Assembly: GCA_031285625.1 (NCBI GenBank)
Contig: JAITVV010000043.1
Location: 81,080-145,079, forward strand
Direction of reading: 5' to 3'
Origin: Prevotella sp.
GTDB taxonomy: Bacteria; Bacteroidota; Bacteroidia; Bacteroidales; Dysgonomonadaceae
DNA length: 64,000 bases
Shown here: positions 17,437 through 28,541 of the stretch, piece after piece
Position numbering within the stretch: the first letter of the stretch is position 1
Layout: every line of letters starts with the position of its first letter
Translations under genes and position numbers: made by a program
The notes under the pieces: generated by a model
What the model saw: only the letters and a program-made list of their open reading frames with translations
Told to the model about the DNA's origin: nothing
The model's database searches: none

Positions 17437-19638
17437 CTATTTTACATTTACTGTTACCGAACTTTTTATATCGGCAGAAGATGCAGCACAATGTAGAGTG
17501 AATTTGTCCGATTCCACTTTCCAGTCGTGTGCCTTGTCATCAAAGAAGGCAAGGTCTTTTACAGGTACAGATAATTCCACATTCCGGGTTTCCCCTGCTT
17601 TCAGGAAAACCTTCTTAAATGCTTTCAATTCCTTAGCAGGACGTTCCAATGACGGCTTCGCTTGTGATGCGTATATCTGTACAGATTCAGCACCATCCTT
17701 GCCTCCTTTATTCGTTAGTGTAAAGGATATTTTTATCACATCGTCCTTTCCATATTCCTTTTTGTCTGCTGATGCTTTTCCATATTCGAAAGTAGTATAT
17801 GATAACCCATAGCCAAATGGAAACAGGGCAGGTATTTTCTTTGTATCGTGCCAACGGTAACCAACTAATATATCCTCCTTATATATTTGTTTTATACTAT
17901 CACCAGGATAAGAAATTGTACCGAACGACATAGCTCCGTTATCTTCCAGTTTTTTAGGAATACTGTATGGTAATTTTCCGGATGGGTTTACATCTCCGGC
18001 TATTACATTGGCAGTAGCATTGCCAGCTTCGGAACCAAGATACCAGGATTGCATAAGAGCTGGTACTTTATCAAGCCAGGGCATTGATACTGCATTACCA
18101 CTCACAATGACAATTCCCATATTTTTATTTACTTTCAATAGCTCATCTATCAGTTCATTCTGACCAAACGGCAGATCATAAGAAGTACGGTCACCACCTT
18201 CGCAATCCTGCTGATAGTTCTTGTTAAGGCCTCCAAAGAATAAAACGACATCTGCATCCTTAACTAAAGCCAGAGCTTCACGTTTCAGTGAATCGGCATT
18301 ATAAGGCGATGGTACAAAATTATCATATACAGTAGGGCCTGAGCCATACCCCATTGTATAGAATACTTTTTCAGCACCGTATTTAGATTTTAATCCTTCC
18401 AGAGGTGATACTTCTTTTTTTACTTTAAGTTCGGAAGAACCTCCTCCCACAGTGAGAGAACGTGTTGCATTTTCTCCTATTACAACAATTTTATTATAAC
18501 GACCTTTAGCTATCGGGAAAAAGTTGTCTGTATTCTTCATCAATACAATGCCCTGTTCTGCCACTTCACGGCTTACAGCGGCATGCTCTGGTGTAGCAAA
18601 GCTGCCAAACGGGCGATTCCTATCCATATTTGTTCTGAAATTCAGACGCAATACTCTGCGAACCTTATCATCAAGAGTTGACATTGGCAGTTCCCCACTT
18701 TTCAGCATTCTCAGATAGGGTTGTGCCAGATAGTAGTTATCATAAGCAAAGCTTTCACCCCATGTGAGACCATTTGTCCATGTTCCCATTTCCACATCGA
18801 GACCATATAGAGCAGCTTCGCGGGTATCATGCGCACTACCCCAGTCCGTAACCACAATACCATCATACTTCCATTCTCCCTTCAGTATATGATTGATAAG
18901 TCTTTCGTGATGACTACAATACTGTCCTCTGTATTTATTATATGATCCCATTATGGCCCATACACCACCTTCTTCCACACCCGCTTTGAATGCAGGTAAA
19001 TAAATTTCATATAAGGCTCTGTCACTAACTTCAACATCGATATGTCCTCTCCATAACTCCTGATTATTCAAAGCAAAATGTTTCATTGTAGCGGCTACTC
19101 CATTTTGCTGTACTCCTTTTATAAAAGGTACAACCATTTTCGAAGCCAGGTAAGGATCTTCACCCATATATTCGAAGTTACGTCCGTTCATAGGGGTACG
19201 ATATATATTAACACCGGGACCAAGAATCACATCTTTCTTTCTGAAACGTGATTCTTCCCCAAGCGCATTCCCATATTTAAGAGACAATTCGGGATTAAAT
19301 GTTGCAGCCAGGCATGTTAATGCAGGAAAAGCAGTACACGAATCGTTCGTCCATCCGGCATGATTCCATGTATCCCAGTCTATTTCCATACGTACACCAT
19401 GCGGCCCGTCACTCATCCATATTTCGGGAATACCTAAGCGTGGGACTCCGGGTGTACTGAATTTAGACTGAGCATGTATCATTGCTATCTTCTCTTCCAG
19501 TGTCATTCGTGACAGAGCATCTTCTATCCTAGTTTCCACAGGCTTACTATCATCCAGATAAACCGGAACTTGTTTGGATTGTCCATTAGCCTGTAATAAA
19601 AACAGACTGAATAATCCATAGAAAAATAATTTCTTCAT
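17437..19638 (-). CDS. GH3 beta-glucosidase (xyloglucan-locus type)
   Basis: MTLEEKI, SDGPHGVR, GPGVNIYRTPMNGRNFEYMGEDP, KHFALNNQE, VTDWG, GGGSS, Fn3-like C-terminus. Confidence 0.92.
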   Translation of the reverse strand: MKKLFFYGLFSLFLLQANGQSKQVPVYLDDSKPVETRIEDALSRMTLEEKIAMIHAQSKFSTPGVPRLGIPEIWMSDGPHGVRMEIDWDTWNHAGWTNDSCTAFPALTCLAATFNPELSLKYGNALGEESRFRKKDVILGPGVNIYRTPMNGRNFEYMGEDPYLASKMVVPFIKGVQQNGVAATMKHFALNNQELWRGHIDVEVSDRALYEIYLPAFKAGVEEGGVWAIMGSYNKYRGQYCSHHERLINHILKGEWKYDGIVVTDWGSAHDTREAALYGLDVEMGTWTNGLTWGESFAYDNYYLAQPYLRMLKSGELPMSTLDDKVRRVLRLNFRTNMDRNRPFGSFATPEHAAVSREVAEQGIVLMKNTDNFFPIAKGRYNKIVVIGENATRSLTVGGGSSELKVKKEVSPLEGLKSKYGAEKVFYTMGYGSGPTVYDNFVPSPYNADSLKREALALVKDADVVLFFGGLNKNYQQDCEGGDRTSYDLPFGQNELIDELLKVNKNMGIVIVSGNAVSMPWLDKVPALMQSWYLGSEAGNATANVIAGDVNPSGKLPYSIPKKLEDNGAMSFGTISYPGDSIKQIYKEDILVGYRWHDTKKIPALFPFGYGLSYTTFEYGKASADKKEYGKDDVIKISFTLTNKGGKDGAESVQIYASQAKPSLERPAKELKAFKKVFLKAGETRNVELSVPVKDLAFFDDKAHDWKVESDKFTLHCAASSADIKSSVTVNVK

Positions 19639-19661
19639 TTTTTCGCGTAATTGTTTAGTTT

Positions 19662-22019
19662 CTATTTTATATTGATTTTTACTTTGTCTTTTTTATTAAG
19701 GGATAAATGTAGCTTATCGCCATGTATGCTATAATTTTTAGTTCCTGATATTTCCGGTGTGCCAACAGGAAGTTTAAGAATAAATTCATTTCCGGTGTGC
19801 GCCGTAATATCTATATGCTGCACTTTCCCATTTTTCCAGTCGAAAGAAACTTCTGCACCTCCTCTGACTTTAAATCCTTTTACATTGCCATCTTTCCATC
19901 CATCAGGAATTGACGGGAGTAGTTCAATATATCCTTCATGGCTTTGCAGAAGCATTTCGCCAATTCCCGCTGATCCTCCGAAATTACCATCTATCTGCAT
20001 TGGCGGATGTGCACTGAACAAGTTCGGATAAGTTCCCCAACTATTTTCGGCAGGTTTTAGCAAGTCTCCAATCAGTTTATAAGCTTTGTTTCCATCTTTC
20101 AGTCTTGCCCAAAAGTTGATTTTCCATGCCATAGACCAACCTGTAGACTGATCACCACGTCTGTTTAGACTAACTTTTGCAGCTTCCATCAATTCGGGTG
20201 TTTTCTCATATGTTAGTTCGTAGCCGGGATGCAGGCCATATAGTTGCGATACATGGCGATGATGGATTTCATTTTCTTCATAATCTTCGAGCCATTCCAT
20301 TACCTGTCCGTATTTACCTATACTTGTCGGAGCCAGACGCTCTTTTTTCACTAAAAGGGTTTTAACCCATTCTTTATCAAGATCCAATATATCCGATGCC
20401 TGCGAGATATTTGTAAACAATTCACGAATTATCTGATTATCCATAGTCGATCCTGCACATATACTTACCACATCACCGGATGGGGTTATATAAGCATTCT
20501 CGGGAGAAGTGGTAGGAGCTGTAACCAGATAACCATTGTTGGGATCTTCGATCAGCATATCTTCAAAGAATAGAGCCGCACCCTTCATCGTAGGATATAC
20601 CGACCGGAGATATTCTTTATCCTGAGTATACAGGTAATGCTCCCACAGATGCTGGCACATCCATGCTCCAGCCGTATTAGTTGCACCCCATGAAGGATGC
20701 TCCCCCGGAGATGTAAATCCCCAGACATTCCCTAAAATATGGGTTACCCATCCTCGGCTGTCATAATAGATCCGGGCTGTTTTTCCTCCGGGCTCTGCCA
20801 GTGATTTTACATATTCGATTGTTGGCAAATGTAATTCCGATAAATTGAACATTTCGGCGCCCCACAGATTCATCTGTAAGTTAATATTCAAATGATAATC
20901 TCCATTCCACGGTGTATGTATTTGTGGAGCCCATAGTCCTTGTAAATTAGGAGGTAATCCACCCGGGCGGGTTGAAGATATGAGCAGATAGCGTCCATAT
21001 TGCATATATAGCGCTGCAAGGTCATAGTCTGTTTTATCATTTACAAAGGCTTCTAACCGTTTACTTATAGGTAATCCGGAATTTTTATTTTTACCTAAAG
21101 TAAGATCCACACGATTAAATAGCTTCTGATACTCAGCAATATGCGCTTTCCTTAGATTATCATAATTATCTCCGGCTTTATTTAATAGATCTGATACTAG
21201 TCTTTCATGATCTATCCCATTATAATTTGTTGCCATCGATACAAATAATGTAACCTCATTTGCATTTTTTATACCAATCTCTTTATCTGTTGCTGATAAT
21301 GCTCCTCCTTTGTTTACAACCTTCACCATTCCCAGATATTTCATTCCGGTATGATCTTTTCCGGCTTCTAGCTGACCGAAAATATATAAGCTATTACCAC
21401 TGGCATAAGTTTTAAAGTTCTCATCACGTTGAAGTGAGATACGCAGGTTTAAAGCTTTCGACTGATTTGCTGTATATTTAATTACTCCTATATCGTCAGA
21501 AAAGGATGTAAAATATTCCCGTTTATAATCTATATTATTTTTAGTATACGAAACAGTAGACAATGCATTATTCATGTCTAATGTCCTTTTATATTTCATT
21601 GGTTGGGAGTTATCCGGATATATGAAATCGACATAAAGATTTGCGAAATTCTGAAATTTTCCATAATCGGGGCCACTACTGCCCTCCCCTTTACAAGTAA
21701 AGGTTTTATACATCAATTCCTGTGCTTCTTTATTCTTTTTCTCAAACAACAGCTGTCTTATTTCACCCAGGTATTTATGTGCATCGGGATTATCTGCATC
21801 CTGCTCGTTACCTGACCACAGCGATAACTCATTAAGGACAATCCTTTCACGGTCAACACCACCCCAGGGCATCATTCCTATACGCCCATTTCCTAAAGGA
21901 ACGGATTCTTCCCATATAGAAGCAGGTTGATCAAAATAATATTGCCATTGATTTTGAGCAGATAAACTACTGAATATTGCAAGAAACAGTACACAAAAAA
22001 TTAATTTACAGAATTTCAT
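19662..22019 (-). CDS. GH95 alpha-1,2-L-fucosidase
   Basis: PLGNGRIG, YGRYLLISS, PPNLQGLW, DYHLNINLQMN, HRHVSQLYGLHP, TGWSMAW, HPPMQIDGNFG, EMLLQSH. Confidence 0.93.
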   Translation of the reverse strand: MKFCKLIFCVLFLAIFSSLSAQNQWQYYFDQPASIWEESVPLGNGRIGMMPWGGVDRERIVLNELSLWSGNEQDADNPDAHKYLGEIRQLLFEKKNKEAQELMYKTFTCKGEGSSGPDYGKFQNFANLYVDFIYPDNSQPMKYKRTLDMNNALSTVSYTKNNIDYKREYFTSFSDDIGVIKYTANQSKALNLRISLQRDENFKTYASGNSLYIFGQLEAGKDHTGMKYLGMVKVVNKGGALSATDKEIGIKNANEVTLFVSMATNYNGIDHERLVSDLLNKAGDNYDNLRKAHIAEYQKLFNRVDLTLGKNKNSGLPISKRLEAFVNDKTDYDLAALYMQYGRYLLISSTRPGGLPPNLQGLWAPQIHTPWNGDYHLNINLQMNLWGAEMFNLSELHLPTIEYVKSLAEPGGKTARIYYDSRGWVTHILGNVWGFTSPGEHPSWGATNTAGAWMCQHLWEHYLYTQDKEYLRSVYPTMKGAALFFEDMLIEDPNNGYLVTAPTTSPENAYITPSGDVVSICAGSTMDNQIIRELFTNISQASDILDLDKEWVKTLLVKKERLAPTSIGKYGQVMEWLEDYEENEIHHRHVSQLYGLHPGYELTYEKTPELMEAAKVSLNRRGDQSTGWSMAWKINFWARLKDGNKAYKLIGDLLKPAENSWGTYPNLFSAHPPMQIDGNFGGSAGIGEMLLQSHEGYIELLPSIPDGWKDGNVKGFKVRGGAEVSFDWKNGKVQHIDITAHTGNEFILKLPVGTPEISGTKNYSIHGDKLHLSLNKKDKVKINIK

Positions 22020-22086
22020 GAGTTATTAGTTTATTTAAGTGATTAACTTGATTACTCGAAGATAAGCAATTAATCATTTTTGTATT

Positions 22087-24264
22087 TTATTTCACCTCTA
22101 TCATTTTTGTTTGCCTGATATCCTCTGAAGATGAACCGATCATTAAGTTTACAATACCCGGTTCCAAAACATATTCATCGCGGCTATTACTCCAATAAGT
22201 CAATTCATCTGCATTCAAAACAAAATCGAAGGTCTCACTGTCTTCACTTCTTATCATCTTTCGTTGAAATCCTTTAAGCTGTTTCACTGGTCTTATCACT
22301 CCTGATTTAGGATATGAAACATAGAGCTGCGCTACTTCTTCTCCATTGATACCTCCGGTATTTGTTATATCTACAGATATCCTGATGTCTTTTCCTTTGG
22401 ACAGTGTTGAAGAGGATAACGATATATCCGAATAGGAAAAATCAGTATAACTTAATCCATACCCAAAAGGATAAAGCGGTTCTTCTTTTGCATACATATA
22501 TGTTCTACCGTTACGGATATCATAGTCCATCATTGGGGGTAAGTCTGCGATAGACTTTACCCATGTCTGATTTGTTCTTCCGGCAGGATTGTAATCTCCA
22601 AAGATCACATCTGCAAGTCCATTACCTAATTCCTGGCTATTATTTGTTATATGTAAAATAGCAGGCACATTCTCTTGCGACCAATTGATCGCAAACGGAA
22701 AGCTACTCACCAATACCATCACTGTATTAGCATTCGCTTTATGTACAATTTTTACCAAGTCCTCCTGTTCGAGAGATAATGCTTTACGGTCAACAGCTTC
22801 CCTTCCATCACTCGGAACCGGAGAGTATTTCCATTTGGGATCGGTGCCATATACATGATTGCCAACACAGACGATGGCTACATCTGCTTTTTGTGCTGCC
22901 AGATATGCCTTATCCACTTCATTTGATGGTTCATAGATCACTTCTACATCTTTGCCAACGGCATTCTTTATACCTTCAAGTATAGAAACTGTATATGGGG
23001 GAGTTCCGCTATACCAGTCAAGCAATACTTCATCTGCACGTGGGCCAATAACCGCAATTGATCCTATATTCTTACTCAATGGCAAAAGATTCCGGTCATT
23101 TTTTAATAAAACAGTAGACTTCGCTGTTACTAATCGGACAAAGTCCTGTATGTCTTTATTTCTCCATGGTGCTATTGTATCTCTCACTCCAATATTAGCG
23201 TATGGTAGTTTTGTTTGATCAGCATCCAGAAGCCCCAGTTTCAGTGCTATATAAAAATTTCCTCTGATGGCATTATCAATATCGGCTTCAGTAAGTAATC
23301 CTTTTTCGAGTGCTTCATATACATATGGACGATAATTATCCAAAAATTGTCCTACGCCGGCTTTTATGATAGCTGCACTACCTTCGGTATGTGTCGGAAA
23401 TGTCTTGTGAGCTTTTATCAAAAGATCTAATGCTCCCCCATCAGTGCATATGATACCTTTCATATTCCATTCTTTACGTATTTTCTCCAAAACTGGGTGG
23501 ATAGTCATAGCTGTTCCATTCCAACCATTGTATGCTGCCATAAATGCCTGAGAACCTCCTTTCTCTATCCCTTTATGAAATGGATACGCATAATATTCAT
23601 GAAATAATTGATTATCAAAATTGGAGGAAGTTGAATCTCTCCCATCCTCATTGCTATTAGCCAGAAAGTGCTTCATTAAAGATGCCGATTTCCAGTACCG
23701 GGGATTATCCCCCTGGAGCCCTTTTACAAAAGCCACAGTCATCTCCGATACCAGAAACGGATCTTCCCCGAAGCTTTCTTCGGTACGTCCCCAACGAGGG
23801 TCACGTGCCAAGTCAGCATTCGGGGCTCTCATAACCAAACCGCCCTTTGTGTATTTATCGTTCTGAGTGTAGAACCTTATTTCGGTAGCTTCTATGTCTG
23901 CTACCTTTTTTATTAATTCGGTATCCCATGTTTCTCCTAAGCCATAGGCCTGAGGGAAAGTTGTTGTCGGATATGTATCGGGGACACGTTGATAGTTTAC
24001 CATTTTGAAACCACCCCAGTTACCCGGCCCGCCAAGAGCCATTCCATGTAATCCTTCCGAATGTCCGGTGCTGCGTATACCTAAACGGGGCACGCCCAGA
24101 TTCGTAGACAGAGCATTCACTTTTTCATCAATTGTCATTAGAGACAATAAATTATCAAGACGTTTTTCTTCGCTCAATGATGTATTATGAAAAGGGTAAA
24201 TGTATTGAGCCGATAAAGTATTTGCAAACAAAATACAGATAATGACAGCTAACGTTTTTTTCAT
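22087..24264 (-). CDS. GH3 beta-glucosidase/beta-xylosidase
   Basis: EGLHG, TTTFPQ, APNADLARDPRWGRTEESFGEDP, KHFLAN, CTDGG, PLYPFGYGLSYT. Confidence 0.9.
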   Translation of the reverse strand: MKKTLAVIICILFANTLSAQYIYPFHNTSLSEEKRLDNLLSLMTIDEKVNALSTNLGVPRLGIRSTGHSEGLHGMALGGPGNWGGFKMVNYQRVPDTYPTTTFPQAYGLGETWDTELIKKVADIEATEIRFYTQNDKYTKGGLVMRAPNADLARDPRWGRTEESFGEDPFLVSEMTVAFVKGLQGDNPRYWKSASLMKHFLANSNEDGRDSTSSNFDNQLFHEYYAYPFHKGIEKGGSQAFMAAYNGWNGTAMTIHPVLEKIRKEWNMKGIICTDGGALDLLIKAHKTFPTHTEGSAAIIKAGVGQFLDNYRPYVYEALEKGLLTEADIDNAIRGNFYIALKLGLLDADQTKLPYANIGVRDTIAPWRNKDIQDFVRLVTAKSTVLLKNDRNLLPLSKNIGSIAVIGPRADEVLLDWYSGTPPYTVSILEGIKNAVGKDVEVIYEPSNEVDKAYLAAQKADVAIVCVGNHVYGTDPKWKYSPVPSDGREAVDRKALSLEQEDLVKIVHKANANTVMVLVSSFPFAINWSQENVPAILHITNNSQELGNGLADVIFGDYNPAGRTNQTWVKSIADLPPMMDYDIRNGRTYMYAKEEPLYPFGYGLSYTDFSYSDISLSSSTLSKGKDIRISVDITNTGGINGEEVAQLYVSYPKSGVIRPVKQLKGFQRKMIRSEDSETFDFVLNADELTYWSNSRDEYVLEPGIVNLMIGSSSEDIRQTKMIEVK

Positions 24265-24289
24265 GGAATAGATTTTTAACCTTGTGATA

Positions 24290-24353
24290 CAAAAATATTA
24301 TATCTTTGGTTCAAACCCTATTCCTGATGTTTCCTAAAGGGGGGCAATATGTT
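24290..24353 (-). promoter_or_regulatory. Promoter of GH3-GH95-GH3-GH43 operon with putative HTCS operator
   Basis: Minus-strand TATTTTTG -7 box at 24297-24290. AACAT repeats start at 24353 and 24331, 56 and 34 bp before the -7 box. Confidence 0.65.
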
Positions 24354-24359
24354 ATCAGA

Positions 24360-27300
24360 TCATTTTGATACGTTCTTTTTATACTCATTAGGTGTTACAC
24401 CAAACTCTTCCTTAAAATATTTACGAAAATATTTAGGATCATTGAATCCTACCTGAAATGCAACCTCATTTACAAACATCTGACTTTTCTCCAACAGATC
24501 TGCTGCACGTTTCAAACGAATGAAACGAATAAATTCGGAAGGTGTCTTATCCGTCAATGCCAATATTTTCTTATAGAAATAAACCCGGCTCATCCCCATC
24601 TCTTTACAAAGATCTTCAACAAGGAACTCAGGATTGCCCATATTCTCCTCAACTATTAATATTGCTTTTTGAACAAATTTTTCATCCATTGAGGTTATTT
24701 CTATCTCACTTGGCGAAATATCAATCTTTTTCTTAAAATTATGATGTATTCTCTTTTGCTTTTCTATTATTTTAGCAATTTTCAACTTCAACATATCAAT
24801 ATTAAAAGGCTTAGATATGTAATCATCTGCACCGGCTTCTATTCCCGAGTATTTATTTTCTTCAGAAGATTTAGCTGTAAGCAATATAATAGGAATGTGC
24901 GATGTCCGAATATCTCCTTTTATCTGGCGACAGAACTCATAGCCATCCATTTTAGGCATCATAACGTCACAGAGTATAATATCAGGCAGTTGATCGAGGA
25001 CTATGCTATATCCTTCTTCCCCATCATTAGCTGTTACAACACGGTAATCTTCAATAAACAGGCTTGTTATAAACTCACAAAAATCTTCGTTATCATCAAC
25101 TATCAGCAACAACGGGAGGTTTGCACGCTGAGCCGATTTCATATCGGGTTTCTGTATCAGATGTATTTCATCTGTAATGGAATCTCCTGAATGTATAATA
25201 TCCTGACTACTTAATTCCTTATATGTTGAATTTTGTATTGGCAAAAGAACAGTAAAAACGGAACCCTTACCAACAACACTCTCTACCAATATTTCACCAC
25301 CATGCAGTTTGACATATTCACTGGCTAAATGTAAACCGACGCCCGTTCCCGACTGGGTATTCTTTCCAGTCTTTTCTATTCTGAAAAAACGCTCAAATAT
25401 TTTTTCCAGATATTCCTTATCCATACCAATGCCGGTATCTGTTACCTTCAGGCATAATTGCCTGTTTGGTGACTCTCCATTCTGCAGCAATTCCGAGATA
25501 CCAAGACTCACATCTATTTGCCCATCCTCAGTATACTTAAATGCATTTGATATTAGATTGGAAATCACTTTATTCATCTTTTCCTTGTCAAACTCCATCT
25601 GCAACTCCTGCAAGTATGTTGTAAACGTAAGCCTGATAGACTTTTCGGCTGCTAGAGGAGAGAATGACAGACAAATATCTTTTGTAAACTCAATAATATT
25701 GCCACGCGAAATATTAAGAGCCATTTTATTCAGGTCAAATTTTCTGAAATCAAGAATTTCATTCACCATATTCAGTAAGTTCTTGGCATTCTTATGCATG
25801 ATATTCATTGTAGCCTTTTGTTCTTCTGAAGCAGGTGATTTCATCAGTTTTTCTAATGGCGTAAGTATAAGAGTCAACGGAGTTTTGAATTCATGGCTTA
25901 TATTCGTAAAGAACTTGAATTTAAGTTCATCCACTTCATGAATTTTGTTCGCTTCCAATATTCTCTGAGCTTGCTCATATTCTTCTCTTTGTTTATTAAG
26001 CTTATACTTGATAAATAACCTTATCAAAGCAGCTGCTATAATTACATAAATAATATATGCCCACCATGAAAACCAAAATGGAGGCTGCACTACTATTTTC
26101 AGCATAATAGGATCACTTGTCCATACATTATCATCATTACTGGCATAGACAATTAACTTATATGTCCCGGCATTAAGATTGGAATATGAAGCTGCACCGA
26201 TTCCATTATTGATCTCTGTCCACTTATTATCCAATCCTTCCAGCATATATTTATATCTGCTTTTTTCTGGATGAATAAAATTAAGCGCAGAAAACTTTAT
26301 TGTAAAATTCGTTTCTCCATAGTGCAATGTTATTTCGTCAATATCAGTAATCGACTTTTCTATTATAACTCTTCCATTGTATTCAATATTTGGTTCTATA
26401 ACCTGATTTGTTATTAACAGATCGGTAAAACGTGGAACAGGAGGATTTTGATTAAAGACTATCTCTTTGGGATTGAATGAAATATATCCACCTATACCTC
26501 CGATGTAGATTATACCATCCTTATCTTTATAAATTGCATTTTGATTAAAAACTGAGCCGGGGAGACCATCATTAACATCAAAAACAGCTATAGAATATTC
26601 CAAATTATGATTGATATACTTACAATCGATAAAAGCAAGACCATTACGTGTTCCTGCCCAAATATTCCTATCGTTATCTTCTATAAGAGAGACTACTTCA
26701 TCGCTCGGCAAGCCATTAGCTGTGGTTATGTAGATAAATCTCTCTGTAGAAGGATTGTAAACGTTGATCCCTTTTTCTGTCGCTACCCAAAGAAGCCCCC
26801 TCGAATCTGTCATCAAGTAATTGGAAGATTCTGTAGTCAGTGAGTCCGCCAGCACTTGTTCGGTGAAATAAGGTCGTATTTCTTTCTTATTGTTATCCAG
26901 ATAATATATGCCTATATCAGTACCGAAATATATGTTTTTCAAAGAATCGGTAAAGGTTGATACAACATAATTTGTCCTCAAGTTACTGTTGTTTGTATTA
27001 TTATGTGTAAATGTATTCCTTTCACGGTTCAGTTGGTCTATTCCCCCTCCCAAAGTTGCTATCCATAAATTATTATCTTTATCCTCTGCAAGCCCGTAAA
27101 CACTCTTGCTGGAAAGCGAGTTGGGATTATTCTCATCTATCTGATACCTTTTAAAGCTTTTGCCGTCATATGAATTTAATCCACCAAAGAATGTTCCTAT
27201 CCACAGAGTCTGGCTACTATCTTCTTCTATGGCCGTTATGATATCAGCTGATATACTGGATTGATCTTTGGGATCGTTGTGAAACCGCTGCACATCTCCT

Positions 27301-28475
27301 GTTTCAGGATTATATTTTATCAAGCCTTGCCCATTTGTGCCTATCCATAGGTTATCCTTATTATCCTTATATAGTCTGTTACAGTCAAATATCTCTGCAT
27401 TCCGCTTGAAAATATAAAATAGTGGAGACTTTTTAAATTTAAATAAGTTAGGGTGATAATAAGACACGCCGTTTTTATATGTGCCCAGCCATATGGTTCC
27501 GTTCTCTTCGCAATAAATACTGATGGCAGAATTCTGAGCTATGGAAGCATTATTATATATATCATTTTTTAAGATCGTGATATTCTTATTTTTTTTATTA
27601 AATATATTTATTCCTCCATGGTCTGTTCCTATCCATATAAGTCCGGTATTATCTTGTCCCACACACCTTACAAAACTGCTGGACAAAGTTATCTCCTTAT
27701 CTGCATCGAATAATGTCCATTGTCCTTTCAGAATATTAAAATAGGCTATTCCCCTGTCTGCAATACCAGGGTAGACCCATACATCATTATCTGAATCTAT
27801 GAAAAGCGACTTTATTATAGTCGAATTATGGTTGTTCTCTTTAAAGAAGGTATTACGAATGTCTATTTTGTCATTTTGCGTATTGAGCCGCTCCAACATA
27901 CCATCTCTGTACAGAATCCATATATAATCATCTTTAACCTTAATATCAGATATTTCCGATAAATGCAGGTCACTTATATCCTCTGATTGTTTGTATAAGG
28001 CAGATTTATGTGTAGTAACATCATATTTATATATTCCTTTTCCTGAATAAGTAATGTAAATATTCTTCTTTTTGTCTATTTCTATTATACCTGGGGTAGA
28101 TGGTAGACCTATGACATTCAGCACAGAATCTATATTATTTATAAAAGTTTCGGATTTCCAGTCATAAATCATATAGGCACTAGAACGTAGCCAAAGGTTC
28201 CCGTTGATATCTTCCTGTATTTTTGTAAACTTATCAAAAGAAGGACTTTTTCCATCCTTTTTGACATGTTTATATGTTTTGAAATTGATTCCATCATATC
28301 TATTCAACCCCATATTGGTACCAAGCCATAAAAATCCCCGGCTATCCTTGAATATACATTCTACCTGATTATTTGACAGCCCATCGGTATTGTCCAAATG
28401 AGAAAATTCAAATTGTTGAGCATTCAAATTATGTATAAATGATAATAATAAAATTATGGGAAACAGTTTTTTCAT
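24360..28475 (-). CDS. Hybrid two-component system (sensor propeller-Y_Y_Y-TM-HisKA-HATPase-REC-AraC HTH)
   Basis: DGLSNNQV..IFKDSRGFLWLGT repeats, YSNLNAGTY, FFTNISHEFKTPLTLI, GTGVGL, LLIVDDN..DVMMP.MDG, GFNDPKYFRKYFKEEFG. Confidence 0.96.
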   Translation of the reverse strand: MKKLFPIILLLSFIHNLNAQQFEFSHLDNTDGLSNNQVECIFKDSRGFLWLGTNMGLNRYDGINFKTYKHVKKDGKSPSFDKFTKIQEDINGNLWLRSSAYMIYDWKSETFINNIDSVLNVIGLPSTPGIIEIDKKKNIYITYSGKGIYKYDVTTHKSALYKQSEDISDLHLSEISDIKVKDDYIWILYRDGMLERLNTQNDKIDIRNTFFKENNHNSTIIKSLFIDSDNDVWVYPGIADRGIAYFNILKGQWTLFDADKEITLSSSFVRCVGQDNTGLIWIGTDHGGINIFNKKNKNITILKNDIYNNASIAQNSAISIYCEENGTIWLGTYKNGVSYYHPNLFKFKKSPLFYIFKRNAEIFDCNRLYKDNKDNLWIGTNGQGLIKYNPETGDVQRFHNDPKDQSSISADIITAIEEDSSQTLWIGTFFGGLNSYDGKSFKRYQIDENNPNSLSSKSVYGLAEDKDNNLWIATLGGGIDQLNRERNTFTHNNTNNSNLRTNYVVSTFTDSLKNIYFGTDIGIYYLDNNKKEIRPYFTEQVLADSLTTESSNYLMTDSRGLLWVATEKGINVYNPSTERFIYITTANGLPSDEVVSLIEDNDRNIWAGTRNGLAFIDCKYINHNLEYSIAVFDVNDGLPGSVFNQNAIYKDKDGIIYIGGIGGYISFNPKEIVFNQNPPVPRFTDLLITNQVIEPNIEYNGRVIIEKSITDIDEITLHYGETNFTIKFSALNFIHPEKSRYKYMLEGLDNKWTEINNGIGAASYSNLNAGTYKLIVYASNDDNVWTSDPIMLKIVVQPPFWFSWWAYIIYVIIAAALIRLFIKYKLNKQREEYEQAQRILEANKIHEVDELKFKFFTNISHEFKTPLTLILTPLEKLMKSPASEEQKATMNIMHKNAKNLLNMVNEILDFRKFDLNKMALNISRGNIIEFTKDICLSFSPLAAEKSIRLTFTTYLQELQMEFDKEKMNKVISNLISNAFKYTEDGQIDVSLGISELLQNGESPNRQLCLKVTDTGIGMDKEYLEKIFERFFRIEKTGKNTQSGTGVGLHLASEYVKLHGGEILVESVVGKGSVFTVLLPIQNSTYKELSSQDIIHSGDSITDEIHLIQKPDMKSAQRANLPLLLIVDDNEDFCEFITSLFIEDYRVVTANDGEEGYSIVLDQLPDIILCDVMMPKMDGYEFCRQIKGDIRTSHIPIILLTAKSSEENKYSGIEAGADDYISKPFNIDMLKLKIAKIIEKQKRIHHNFKKKIDISPSEIEITSMDEKFVQKAILIVEENMGNPEFLVEDLCKEMGMSRVYFYKKILALTDKTPSEFIRFIRLKRAADLLEKSQMFVNEVAFQVGFNDPKYFRKYFKEEFGVTPNEYKKNVSK

Positions 28476-28503
28476 AGATAGCAGATTCTGTATTCAGTCT
28501 ATA

Positions 28504-28511
28504 CAAATTTA
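28504..28511 (-). promoter_or_regulatory. -7 element (TAAATTTG) of HTCS gene
   Basis: TAnnTTTG on the minus strand, about 30 nt upstream of the HTCS ATG. Confidence 0.55.
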
Positions 28512-28541
28512 AATAAATAAAGTGATTAACAGACCTCTGTT

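Noticed and set aside
17202-17501. 99-aa + strand ORF spanning the GH43/GH3 gap
   Set aside because: It has a TTG start, overlaps both flanking genes antisense, and reads through the repeat element, so it is probably incidental.
22041-22075. Imperfect hairpin or TATCTTCG -7 variant between GH3 and GH95
   Set aside because: Weak stem, non-consensus box, and no AACAT operator at the expected distance.
25309-25941. 210-aa ORF antisense to the HTCS kinase domain, and the many other 60-180-aa nested ORFs in the track
   Set aside because: All overlap confident CDSs and have no recognisable domains, so they are treated as shadow ORFs.
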